This document shows, one piece after another, positions 52,401 to 64,000 of a stretch of DNA of 64,000 nt. Position numbers and translations under genes: made by a program. This stretch comes from Hormiphora californensis (Eukaryota > Animalia > Ctenophora): the NCBI GenBank assembly GCA_020137815.1, contig CM035351.1, positions 2,666,001-2,730,000 on the forward strand, written 5' to 3'. Positions within the stretch are counted from its first letter, which is position 1. Every line of letters begins with the position of its first letter. The notes beneath the pieces were generated by a model, which worked only from the letters and a program-made list of their open reading frames with translations, ran no database searches and was not told the origin of the DNA.

Positions 52401-53576
52401 CACACTGAGCAGTATAACTACCATGTTGGCCGTAGTAAACTCAATCAGCCTGCAAGGTATTACAAATATTATATATCTCCTATATATTATACAAATATTA
52501 TACAAATATTATATATCTCCTGGCATATCAAATGAAAAAAGTTATATATTCATTTCTAAACTATCTCGTGGTATATCAAGTTCATTGCGAGGCAGCTTGG
52601 GAGACAATTGGATCCCGAAACAGGGCCTCATAATATTTAGTCTAAATACCTCCACATAAGAAAGAAATGTTGATGGTTGCTCTCGTAGGCATACTTGAAG
52701 CTTTGAATACACACCTGCGTACTGTTCGTCGCCATGTACTGAAACTAATGGTTGTCTTGGTTACCGATCAGTAGTTACCGTGGTTACCGAACAGTGGTTA
52801 CTATTAGTTACGGATATAGGTTGCTAGCTGCACTGCTTAGATGATACTAGGTAACAGATATATAAGTGATCACTGGATAACCGATAGTTACCTGAGTTGT
52901 AGTGGTTGTCATGACAACCACCATGATTGTAGAATGCGTCAGGACGATTGCACTGGCAATGGCACCGTGCCGGTATTGGATTCGGGCTGCGTAGGTAAAT
53001 GGCACGACGACAGCCAGTATTCGGTCCACGGCCAGTAGAACGATTGTCCACATTGTGCTTCTAATGACCAGGCTAGAGAACACCCCATACATGACACAAC
53101 CCGCCTGATGGTGGTTACCATGGTTACATAATCACCGTGGTTACCATGGTTATATAATCACGGTGGTTACCATAGCTACCAACGTTATAGAAACACCTGT
53201 TGTTACCTTTTGTAGTGGCCAATGACTTTCCATGGGGTCTTTTAGCAGGGAGGCTATTCGCATGGGTAACACCATAGTTCCAATGCACAGATCGTATGCA
53301 GCAAGGAAGCTTAGTAGAGACTTGCTGGCACCCCGTCTCATCTGGAGAATTCAGTTGTTATGGTAGCGAATGGAGAATAGTTGCTATGGTAACAAATCGA
53401 TACAAACACTACCTTGCTGGTAAACCCGGGTGTTTAAGAATTTCAGACTTTCATCAGGCCTTTGCATAAAAGTAACAATTTAATATTTGTACCTTTTTGA
53501 GGTGAAAGACCATTACACAGTTTAGGACGATGATCAGGGTGTCCATCATTATTACTATCGCTATGATTATCGCCAT
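49494..53576 (-). CDS. Rhodopsin-class GPCR, 8 exons (53576-53493, 53341-53207, 53104-52892, 52738-52650, 52449-52371, 50332-50199, 49875-49756, 49626-49494), 328 aa
   Basis: All GT-AG with consistent phases. TM1 Asn, LAAYD (TM2), LAVDRI (TM3), FCICYIPF (TM6) and NPLLY (TM7). ECL2 VCIQSFKYAY resembles VCVQSFRSAY of the 4752 GPCR. Confidence 0.88.
50649..52203. mobile_element. Foldback TIR element (GGCAGG termini, 8-bp TSD; Merlin- or Mutator-like) in GPCR intron 5
   Basis: TSD GCAATCGT at 50641-50648 and 52204-52211. Long arms are built from 13-bp CTATTTCTGGCTG and ~55-bp subrepeats. Confidence 0.85.
51010..51535 (-). mobile_element. 3' fragment of I-group (I/Nimb/Loa-like) LINE inside the foldback element
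   Basis: YLNYHLKKL..CAACGMEDETIKHVLTECP is a C-terminal CCHC knuckle. Confidence 0.65.
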
Positions 53577-55241
53577 TCTAGGTAAAGTTACTCAGTGTTT
53601 AACATGGTCGTATCAAATTCAAATCTGTCAGAGCATTGGCCTGACAGTATCAAATGTTTTGAAAATTGAAAAGCCATCACTTTCTAGTGGCAAACTTTGA
53701 GTCGCCTGACACTGTGTTCGTGCTCTCGCATAAAAATTAAAAGTAAAATTAAAAGAAAGTATGAACAATTCAAGGCAAACTAAAGCTACATGGTCCCCGG
53801 AGAGGGTACTCTTAAGAGCTCTTCTCGCCCAGTGCTATAACCAAGGATTGAGAAGTTCCATATGGGTGCAAGCACTCTAAAAAGAAGAAGAAGAAAGGGA
53901 AACATGTGTGTCACACGAAGAGGAAAAAGTGCCAAATATCAAAATAAGACTATATGTTCCAATATATGCCACAGCTGTCAAAACAAGCGCCCTTTCGACA
54001 TACCACATGCGATTGAGAAGGTTTAAGCGTTTAACTCCAAACCCAAAGTGTTTAACGTGTCAGGATAGTAGGGATCAAGTTTTGGATAGGGGAGAGAGTG
54101 AAAGATTCCGTTATAATTATTCGCCAAGTCTTCGTGGACGCTGGGTTTGACCAATCACAGGCTCACAGAGTTAATTTTGAGAGGGTACTACTCGTACTGG
54201 CCAATCCCTCGACTCCTTAGATGTTTATATTGACAACCAAAAACAGCTAACAGTGCTGCTTGTAGTCGTATTACCGTAAGGGAAATACAGTAATGAGACG
54301 TGCACGTTGCATAACGCACGGCAAAAAGTGCATGTGTTCAGGACGTATACTAGCGCTCTGATTGCTCACGGTTGCGCGTCGTCTTACTGTATCTCCGTTT
54401 TCCATTACCGTTTTCCCACTACAAGCGACTGTGTAAAAATGAAGTCGGGCACCGACCTACCAGACCGCGTCGTAGGCAATGCTTTATGTGGGCGGCCAAC
54501 ATGACGGTTCGTCACGCTCAGAAAGTTTAAAAGATAAAAATATAGGCTGGTACCTTCAAATATAGTCAAAATCTCGTTCTACGCAAAATATCTTTTTACT
54601 CGATCTGATGAAGTTTAGTTTGACAAGAACACTAATCAGTTCTTCAGCTGATACTAAATGCTTATTAAGAGGGTCTCTTCTCTCCCCAACTATCACTTCG
54701 TAGAGGGATATAGTGCTCTCCTATCCCCCTCCAACTTAGTTGAGGGATGTAATGCTCGCATTCTAATAAAACTGCCAAAATAGTTCACCTTCTCTCTCTC
54801 ACTCTCTATCTATCTCTCTATCTACCTATATATTCCATCGTTCTCGTATTACTTCATGCTTCGCTGCAAAGATTGCAATCTTCGGTTCTAGACGGGTACG
54901 ATCAATAATGGGAAGATAAAACTAATTTAAAAGGAATTTTTTATTTATAGGTTCTTTGCGAGCCTTGACAGGTCCATGGTTACTGCTTATATTCTAGTCA
55001 ACCCTATTGCGCTATATTTAACGGGTATTAGGCAGAAGCGGGTCTACCCGGTCTTCCGCGATAGATGATAGAATGACAAGGAATGCCTCCGTTTAGATTT
55101 TGGAAAGCGAGGAAGTCGTTTACCCGCGACTCAAATATTACCGCTCGACTAATGGAACCTGTCAAAAACCACACCTATAATACCAATAGTACGTGTTTCT
55201 ATGTTTCTATGTCTCTAACAACATCACCTCACTCACTTAGC

Positions 55242-56507
55242 ATGTCCTATAACGACAGCGGTTATGGTAGTTCCTTCAACGCCAGCAGTGCCGCAGCAGG
55301 TCATCACCATGATGGAGGAGGGACGTCGAAGGATCGAGAAATCCAAAAACTCTCTCTTGAGTTCCTTCTCGAATGCCGCCGCCAGAAACTCCTTCGGTTA
55401 GAGAAACTGAAGGCGGAGGTGTCCCGGCTAGAGGTGGACCTAGCGGGGAGGAGTGTCAATACCGAGCGCAGCTGTGCTAGTAGTGGTGCAATGGCGCCCA
55501 TAATGACTCATTTGACAGACCTGGAAAGTCATTATGAGAGAGATGCCACCAGCATAGGAGCGGTAATTAAGGATAGCTTCCTATACCATGACATTGAGCT
55601 TTCACGAGTTACTTCCACTTCATCTTCACATGTGTACGGGTTGAGTTTAGACCGGGGTGCACTCGCCGTGGCGTCCTCCCTCCCGACAGTAAATATCTTT
55701 ATGAAGGAGCACTGTGTTGCTAAGATACCGGTGGAGGTATCAGCTTGGAGTTGCCAGCTGACCGGTGATCAGCTGTGTATCGGAGAATTCCCAGGATCCG
55801 TTGCCCTATGGGATGTCAGACGAGAGGAAAAGATTGCTTCCTTCGAGGGTCACACTTCTGCTCGACATATGACCGTCATGTTTTCTCAGGTCGGTGGGTC
55901 CGTGGTCTCGGCGGCGTTTGATGGGAAGATTTATAAGTGGGAGTCCGGGGAAAGGGCACCAATTAGTTCAATCACTGCATGTGATAGGATCCTGAAGGGT
56001 GTACTGCTTAGTTCCGACTTGGTAGCTGTATCGTGTATCGACAAAGCGGTGTACATTTATGATTTCCGGAGGCCAGATCGTCCCACCATCAAACTAGTTG
56101 GTCACTCTCAGGCTCCTTCTGGACTGTGTCAGTTGGATGGGAGGCTGGTAAGTGGGTCAGTGGACGGGACCATTAGACAGTGGGATCTGGCAAGTGCGGG
56201 ACAGTGCGTCCGGGTTCACCGGGGACACACTCACACTGACAAATTCATTGGTTTGGAATCCCACGGGCCGGTGTTGCTATGTGGGGACGATGGTCTAGAG
56301 GCACCTGCCCGTGTTCACATGTACAGTAAACACCTCACCGCTCCCATAGCAACCGTTGCTACGGAACAGGATGAGGATCACCATGCCGGGGGACGGGCTG
56401 CTGGTACAAACTACATCACATGCATCACTAAGGACAATTCAGGACAAGATGAGGAGCTAAGAGCAGCTGATACTCATGGAAATATCTATCATATTTCACT
56501 AAAATAG
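55242..56507 (+). CDS. Divergent COP1/RFWD2-like coiled-coil plus WD40 protein, intronless, no RING in the ORF
   Basis: EFLLECRRQKLLRLEKLKAEVSRLEVDL and HLTDLESHY resemble the COP1 coiled coil and HFEDLEQCY. GHTHTDKFIGL..LLCG resembles GHINEKNFVGL..IACG. The C-terminus LRAADTHGNIYHISLK resembles LIAANSQGTIKVLELV. The ORF opens at 55083; likely ATG at 55242. Confidence 0.75.
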   Translation: MSYNDSGYGSSFNASSAAAGHHHDGGGTSKDREIQKLSLEFLLECRRQKLLRLEKLKAEVSRLEVDLAGRSVNTERSCASSGAMAPIMTHLTDLESHYERDATSIGAVIKDSFLYHDIELSRVTSTSSSHVYGLSLDRGALAVASSLPTVNIFMKEHCVAKIPVEVSAWSCQLTGDQLCIGEFPGSVALWDVRREEKIASFEGHTSARHMTVMFSQVGGSVVSAAFDGKIYKWESGERAPISSITACDRILKGVLLSSDLVAVSCIDKAVYIYDFRRPDRPTIKLVGHSQAPSGLCQLDGRLVSGSVDGTIRQWDLASAGQCVRVHRGHTHTDKFIGLESHGPVLLCGDDGLEAPARVHMYSKHLTAPIATVATEQDEDHHAGGRAAGTNYITCITKDNSGQDEELRAADTHGNIYHISLK

Positions 56508-57214
56508 ACATTAAAAGTAGTGGAAGATCATATCCTAGTCATGAATTAATTTTGAAAATTTGTCAGCGGATATTTAATTTGTTTCCCTTTGATTAATTAC
56601 ATTAACGTCATAGTGATTTTTTCAGGTTGAGAAGCTCATGATAGTGAACTAATGCCGTTGGGTTCGAAACTGATATATTGAGGTAAGCTGCAGGGGGGTC
56701 TATTTCTAGTATGTGGGAATGCAATTGACTATTGAGTGACATAATGGGAAGGTAAAACTCAAAAAAGGAATTAATACTGGTCCGATACTATTTCATTTAT
56801 ATCTCTGGGATTATTGGGAGGTTGATATGACATATTGGTAAGATCCTTTAGGACGGGCTGAGGGGGTGATCTCTTGAGGAAATATATATAATAAATGGAA
56901 CCGAGTGGGTAGGAAGGGGATGTTTGATGGTGTATATTATACGACAACATGACAGGTTATAATGGTAAAACGTAAGCAATCGAGGTATTTATCGAGATGA
57001 CAGACAGACCTTCTCTATGCAGGGAGTTCAATCTTCAAAGAATATAGACCTCGTCCTAGAAGTAGAAGTGGACTAAATTTAAATTTGGAGGTTAGGGAGA
57101 ACGTGTGCAGTTCTTCCTAACCTTCAAATTTGAAGTCTTTACTTTACCAGGAACCGTCGAGATATCTCAGATAATAACTGTGCCGAGTCAAGGTGTTGGG
57201 GGTGAACAGTTTAA

Positions 57215-57315
57215 AGTGAGAGTGGACAGGATCAGAATTGGACAAGTTTGTTGTAGGTACCTGGTACAATCGGGGTCCGACTGTAGTAGAGATTAGCTTT
57301 CGGTCCACTCTCACT
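57215..57315. mobile_element. 101-bp TTAA-flanked MITE (AG...CT termini, Kolobok-like)
   Basis: TTAA-AGTGAGAGTGGAC...GTCCACTCTCACT-TTAA. Confidence 0.75.
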
Positions 57316-58846
57316 TTAAAAGAAGAAAAGTCTATCGGTCTAAATAACATATATAATCGGATATTTATATGATAACTTGAATAAAATTATGATACTCCTG
57401 CGTTCACTGAACGCCTTTCAGCAAGCTTATAAAATAGTATTTTAGTAGAGGGGTAAAATGGTATTTATGATCTCATATCGAGTTTTATAATCCCAATGCC
57501 CCATGAATGAGTAAAAGTAACCACATAAAGACATCACGCTGGTTAATCGAATTGCTCATGGTCACGAGTCGTTTTTATAAAATGAATATTCGAACAGTTC
57601 ACGATGATGAGATTGCAATATACGTATCGGCCCTAAATATATGCCATCAAGTCGCATAACGAGATATTGGACTGCCCCTTTTCATCACTTTGCAAACCAA
57701 TCAGTACAGCTTTAAGAACTCATCACTTCATCAGCTGCAATCAGCTGTACTGGGAGCAAAGTGAGAAGTCTCTCACCAAGATGGCTTCATCATCATGAGT
57801 GAGAGGGAGAGGTTTCTCAGTTCACAGCTGGTGCAATACCTTAATTAACCGCCCCTTCATCGGAAAAGAGATCAAAAAGGAGATCACGCAATATAAAATT
57901 ACAGACAACCAACTTTTAAAGTTGCCTCACCCGGATCGACTAGACGGTGCGTTAAAACGGACATTATGAGACTGTAGTTCTTGGGGATCAGGGCAGATTT
58001 TGATGGAAGATTAGATAAGCACCCCTAACTGATTGGTCACCATGACGCAAGCTAAATTCTATATACTTTATGTAAACCGGCTTTATTTTTCCTTCTCTCG
58101 CCTTATGGTTCACTAATATATCAAGATGCGACAAGCCACTATACACGGATATGTGTAATGAACTAGATATCGGAAGCAGACTCATTCACCGGCAGCTGAG
58201 CTCTAGTTTTCTACTCTGTTATGTGTACTTCTACACAGTAAGCTGTGCAGCAGCCTCACTAGGAGATATCTCTCAAGCTGTGTGAGAGATCCGTATCAAG
58301 AGTAGATCACGTGTGATCGGAGATCCGTATCTGAATACAGATAATATATTTAACAGGATAGAACTGTATGATAAGTATCAGTCATAAGAAGACCAAGGGC
58401 CAAAGGGATTCAAGTTACAGATAGTTAGTAACTGCATAGTGAAGAAGAAGAATAACTACATAGTGTCTTTCCGAGGACTGCAATCAGATATATATACCCT
58501 ATGGATCACTTTTTTTAATGAAAAAAAGTCACGATGAAAAAGGAGATAAGGAGACTAGAGTGACTTTTATATTGAAGCTTCAAACGAAAAAGAAGACGTG
58601 AACGGTGACAATGCTAATGATATTGGAAGAGAGAGAGATACCAATAGGAGACCACGTCTAAAGCAGATGAGGCAGCAATTATTTTTATTATACTACGTCA
58701 CAAAACAGATGACATGAAGCTCAAATTAAAACTGAGAGTATATATACAAGATGGGGATTTGGCTCGTTACAATCATGAGGCCATAAGATATTATATTGTT
58801 TATCACAACAAAAAGACCGAAAGTTCAAATGATGATCGAGGGTGAG

Positions 58847-58989
<143 letters not shown>

Positions 58990-59249
58990 GTTGGTTTGGT
59001 TTGAAATATAAATTAGGACTCATCGAACAAGCAAAGTATCACACACAAATAAAACATATAGTGTTCGATAGTCCAGCCCCATGCGAGGGACACACAACAC
59101 ACAGAAAAGTAAACACGCAAACAATATTAGTGTCCCACAGGCTTGTAGGGCGGGTGGTGTTCCGATATAGCAGGAGGAGGTTCCCTAGGAATGAAGTGGA
59201 GGATTGGAAGGGAAATCTGAAATTGCTGAAAATATATCTAGAAGAGGAT

Positions 59250-60735
59250 ATGTTACGGGTTAGGTGTTACGTGTTACGTGTTAGGTGTTACGGTTAGGTG
59301 TTACGTTATAAACTATAATAAAATCATGGTAAAGAGATAACAGAAAGCAATGTTAACCATATAGAAAACGAAGGTAGACAGATAGGAAGAACCAACGAAA
59401 ATTGGATGAAACATTTTGTATGGAAAATGGACTTACGAACCATACACTCAGCCTCAAAATGGACTTACAAACCATACACTCAGCCTCAAAAGCTAAAAAT
59501 TGAAAGAAGACGAGAAATTGTATGGAGAAAACAGTCCAGAAAACTGGAAAGAGACCGTGGTCACTGGAAACAAGTACATGTCACTGGAATTCAAGTATAT
59601 ATGTCTTTGAAAAGTTAATAATCTTGAGCAAGGTTCATCTTAAATAATTGTCGAGTATGTTTACTCTCGTAAGAGTGATTCCGTAGAATGTTAATCTGTT
59701 TCAAGCGGAAGGTTTCATCTTTTAGTGAATGGGTTCTGTAGGGTTGTGTTACAATCATCCCAATGAACGGGATCACCTGAACCTTGTACCTGTAGCAACC
59801 TGGTTTTAACCTGTGATTTGAAAGTGTGAGTGCTAACAAAGATATTGTCAGGCGAATACAGGTTCCAAATTCTAGGGCCTTCAAAAGTAAAGTTAATATC
59901 CAAATATCTGTGAATGCCCCTTGGAATAATTGCCAAATTAGGTTTACGACTAGAGAAAACAATAGAATTGTCATCATTGAGTTTTGATTGATGTACTTTG
60001 GACAGTACAGCCATGTGATAAAGATGATGAACTGTGAGAATATCAAGATTGTTGAAAGTTAACTTCGTTCCCGGTTTACCAAAGGAACCAGGTACTTTTG
60101 TTAAAGAGAACAAACATCTCAAAGCGTTTTTTTGTGCTCTGAAAATAGGTAATAGTTTATTCATGCAACCCCCACTTCCCCAAACACTAATACTGTAATT
60201 GATATGGGATTGAAACAAGGCGTAATAAACCGGAATCTTAAGTTGTTTAGGTAAAGATTTGCGTAACCTGTAAATAGAGCCAAGATTACGGTGTAGTTTG
60301 GTGGAAACTGATCTGATGTGGGCTTCCCATGTTAGGGAGTCCGAGATTTCAATACCCAAAAACTTAAACTGTTTCACCTGTTCAATGATGGTACCATCAT
60401 AGCAACACGTGAACTGAGAAGGGAAGTTAGTTGATTGGGGAGACGAGAAGTGCATAAACTTAGTGCATAAACTTAGTTCTACCAATAAACTTGCAACAGT
60501 AACCACATTTCTCCGAAACGGGCGCCTGTGTATCACACAAGGCACTGAAAAATGGAAATATTGAGGCACTGCAGCTAGGGCAGAACCAATCGTGTTGCTT
60601 GTTGATTACTGAGCATAGGTCAATTGAGAAGTTAAGACATTTGCCATGCTTAACCTTGTAACACATATAACAATACACAGAGTGTTGGTGAGAAAATATA
60701 TTTTTCCCACAATCTCCACAATCACTCCTGAGGGA
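59250..60735 (-). mobile_element. Internally deleted CR1-group (Daphne/Crack-like) LINE
   Basis: N-terminal PHD-like CYMC..HGKC..WFCPSC..IFPF is joined at ~60470 to post-RT KFLGIEISDSLTWEAHI..YYALFQSHINYSISVWG..GPRIWN. A possible short-repeat tail lies at ~59250-59306. Confidence 0.75.
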
Positions 60736-60754
60736 GGATGTAATACTAATATAA

Positions 60755-60817
<63 letters not shown>

Positions 60818-60851
60818 GAGAGAGATAGAGAGAGAGCGAGATAGAGAGAGA

Positions 60852-60920
<69 letters not shown>

Positions 60921-62160
60921 GTTAACAATACATCAATAACATGCAATCAATTTATTGTTACTGTGCTGCACACGTGGTAATGTTACTGCAGCAGTTCAAA
61001 TACGTCACTCATATCTGCCAAGGAACGCTTCAATCTAAATGCACTTCTGTACTAATGTATGTACTAAAAGCAACTACTTAGGAAGATATATGACCTCCAA
61101 GCCGCCTAATGGAAATCATATACCGTGATTTTACTGGATCAATTGTAGATCCCAAGTAACCGGCACTCCACTGCAGCCGCGGGAAGAGAGGATGGCATCA
61201 CCAAGCCAGTGACGGTGTATATTTGAATCGTTGATAGCAAGGATAAGTTGAAAATAAAATAGCCCAGCTGTTTGCGTTAAATTGTCAAGAGTTAAGATTT
61301 CCCGGGCTAGTCTGATCGAGGATCGGTAAATAGAGCTGTCTGATAGCTGTCTGATGGTCTAGAGCGTGCTCTGTGAAGGTTCAGCTTAGATCCAGTCTCT
61401 CCGTATTGTGATGTGTGCAATATAATATGTCAAGTAGAAAGGTTGAGATTTCAAACTGCAAACAACGAACAAAGTAACATCACACTACTCAGTATAATGA
61501 ACTATTGTATACAGCTACAGACATGAATATAGCAATATACTATTGGAAGCCAATATCCAATGCCAATCATATGTAGTAGGTTCTCGCCATACAAACACAT
61601 TATGCCACTCATATAAACAATCAACCAATCTTATGCCACATATATAAATCACAAGAGTGATGGTATAATATGTTGTCCACCAAGTCATGCAATTACTTGA
61701 ACCGAAGGAAATGTAATTATACTGACTGGAGTCTCGAGACTGGCTTGACTTCCCGACATAGATTTCACGCCCAATGTTCTGGACGAAACAAGTTCAGTAT
61801 GGCACTTTAAAACAAAATATTAAACCATTTGGAGAAGTTGCCTTCTGGCCCCACCCCTTTATCCTTCGAGATCACAATGAAGAAGAGAATAAATCTAACA
61901 TGAGTTGTGTGAATAGAGCTCATACAGTAAATATGATTGACTGTATATATACAGCTGGTGGTAATATATGCCGGTTTATCTCTAGCGTGTGATGGCCCAA
62001 AGTGTACTTGATCCACTCTAATATTCGTTGATTTGATTCTCAGCGAGGAAAGTTACTGATATAGACAATGAGAGAATGAAAGAGATAGAGATAAGGATAG
62101 GGAGAGCCGAGAGGGAGAGAGAGAGTGGGAGGGAGAGTCCCCGCCTCACACCAATTATTG

Positions 62161-62251
62161 TTTACCTGTTAACACATCTCGGCCATTAATCATTGTGACT
62201 ACTATTATAGTAGTCACAATGATTAATGGCCGAGATGTGTTAACAGGTAAA
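62161..62251. repeat. Perfect 91-bp palindrome (45-bp arms, 1-nt centre)
   Basis: TTTACCTGTTAACACATCTCGGCCATTAATCATTGTGACTACTAT-T-exact inverse. Confidence 0.9.
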
Positions 62252-64000
62252 TTACCTGTTATTACCATGAAGTTAATTTAAATCCAAGATGATTTCAACC
62301 ATCTGTCTATAAAAACCAAGTGAAATTTATTGCAAAGTTCGCGCCGAATACTTTTTTTTTCAATTTGAGTTTCTTGTGAGTTTCCCAATTCTCATACTGT
62401 TTGTACTTTTTTCAGTTTTTATACTCTTCATCTTATTTTTTTCTTATCAGTTGACCATTTTCATTGTATTGAAAATAAAGGATTAAAATCCAAAGATTCA
62501 CTCCAGTTCGTGACAGAAAGAACGCCGGTCATGACTGTTATGAGATGCATGTACACGTGTTGAATGACGTAAGGTATGCACGTGCCATTATGTCTTAATG
62601 CACGTGCTGATCTTATAGACCTGCACATTTGGTTGCTTTGCCTCCTCGATATTTTCCTTTTTTATGCTGCTTCCCACTATAAGGCTCAATAATTTTACCT
62701 TTTCTAATCACAACCTCGTATTATCATTTTTATGTTGCTGGGAATTTATTCTATACATTTGTACACGTGATAATCTGTTGGCACGTGAGGACGCGAGAGG
62801 ACGTTAATAAACATCCAACAGAAAGGTATCTTTGCCTTTATTGGTAAAATGAGATGTGAACCTCTATGTGAGACATGAGGCTGAATAGATTGATACAATA
62901 CAATTGCTTTTTGATTGATGAACAAATGAGAAACCCCCTCTAATAAAGAAATGAGTGAGTTTTCTTAGAAACAAGTGGGATTGTGAAGCAATCAATAGTG
63001 AGACTTTGGGATACAATCTTGTATATGGAAAAGCATTTTCGATTAATGAAAACTTGGCCACGTTTCGGAATCGATTAATAACTTTTCTTACAGAGCGACT
63101 TACAAAAAGTACGAGGTTACTTTTCCTCTCATTTTACTAATGTGTCCTAAGATGTTCCTCTATGCGCTAGCAGATCCTATATAATATTCTCTTTTCGACG
63201 CAGACTGAAATTGCAGGTACCACGCCGGGCGTGGCACGCCCACCCTTCTGCAGCGTACTGAGAGCACATTAGTGAAATTTTTCATTAATGTGCCCTCAGT
63301 ACGCTGAAAAATTTTTTGTGCAATTTCCCATTCCTAACGATACGACGAACACGGCTTTTGGTTGGTGAGTTCTTCCATTTAAAAACTACTTATAGAGAAG
63401 CAATTGAGCCCTCAGCGCTTCAAGTCCTTGCGCTATATTGGTGTGTCAATATGGCGTGTCTAGCAGAGCACAATGTGTGACATGCGTGGTGGTGGTGGTG
63501 GTACAGATAGGTTATAGCGTGCCAAACTCTGCCCGTTAGGGCAGAACGACATTGCAACCTCGTCATAGCGTCTGTCATCGTGTTGTGGTCAGTTGATATC
63601 ATTGCATTCATGTTGTCAGTCAGTCATTGTACTTGCAAGACACTTACGCAGCCCCCACGGTTAAAGGTCGGTTGCACTCTTCGCATCTCCGCCCCGTGAG
63701 GACATTGCAGTTATCTTGCGAATAAGCAAAAAGACAAATTAGGGGGCACATTTTCAAGCTTGGGTGGCTGTGCAGGTAGGCCTGTTTGTTTGTTTGTTAC
63801 GACGACGGTCCGTCGAGTGGACACTTCTCAAGCTTGGGTCTGGGGTAGTCTGTCTATAGTAGCTCTAATTAAATTATTGATTGGTAAGGTTTACTCCGGA
63901 ATCATTATCACAATAGATGAACAGACAATACAGACAGATGAACTTACAGCTTTTTGATGTATGATTATTGATTGGTACCGTGATGTTGTTGGTGATCAGA

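Noticed and set aside
56640-56675. tRNA or SINE B-box-like GGTTCGAAAC
   Set aside because: No cloverleaf or convincing A-box spacing.

Overview
Eukaryotic (animal) genomic DNA, almost certainly a pleurobrachiid ctenophore (Pleurobrachia/Hormiphora-like). The evidence is a 43-nt sequence at 3361-3403 (- strand) that matches, from memory, the ctenophore spliced leader (SL), together with compact GT-AG genes, (GA)n microsatellites and dense MITEs. Supported genes: two tandem double-PLAT/LH2 genes, two paralogous rhodopsin-class GPCRs, MIIP, WDR27, an 8-exon OSCP1 with an antisense intronless GT92-like glycosyltransferase nested in intron 4, a multi-exon Cys-rich-domain gene whose 3' half is tandemly duplicated, and an intronless RING-less COP1-like WD40 gene. 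Mobile DNA includes TA-, TTAA- and 8-bp-TSD TIR elements, Helitrons and CRE, L2, CR1-group and I-group LINE fragments. Two observations stand out. First, a short retro-insertion has the full SL fused exactly to a hammerhead-ribozyme core, which points to an SL trans-spliced Penelope/retrozyme-type RNA that was reverse transcribed. Second, the 1.65-kb TIR element that hosts it sits inside a PLAT coding exon and could be removed in frame as a new intron using an acceptor supplied by its own TIR. Most short ORFs in the supplied track are spurious. All homology calls come from motif recognition by eye; no searches were run.
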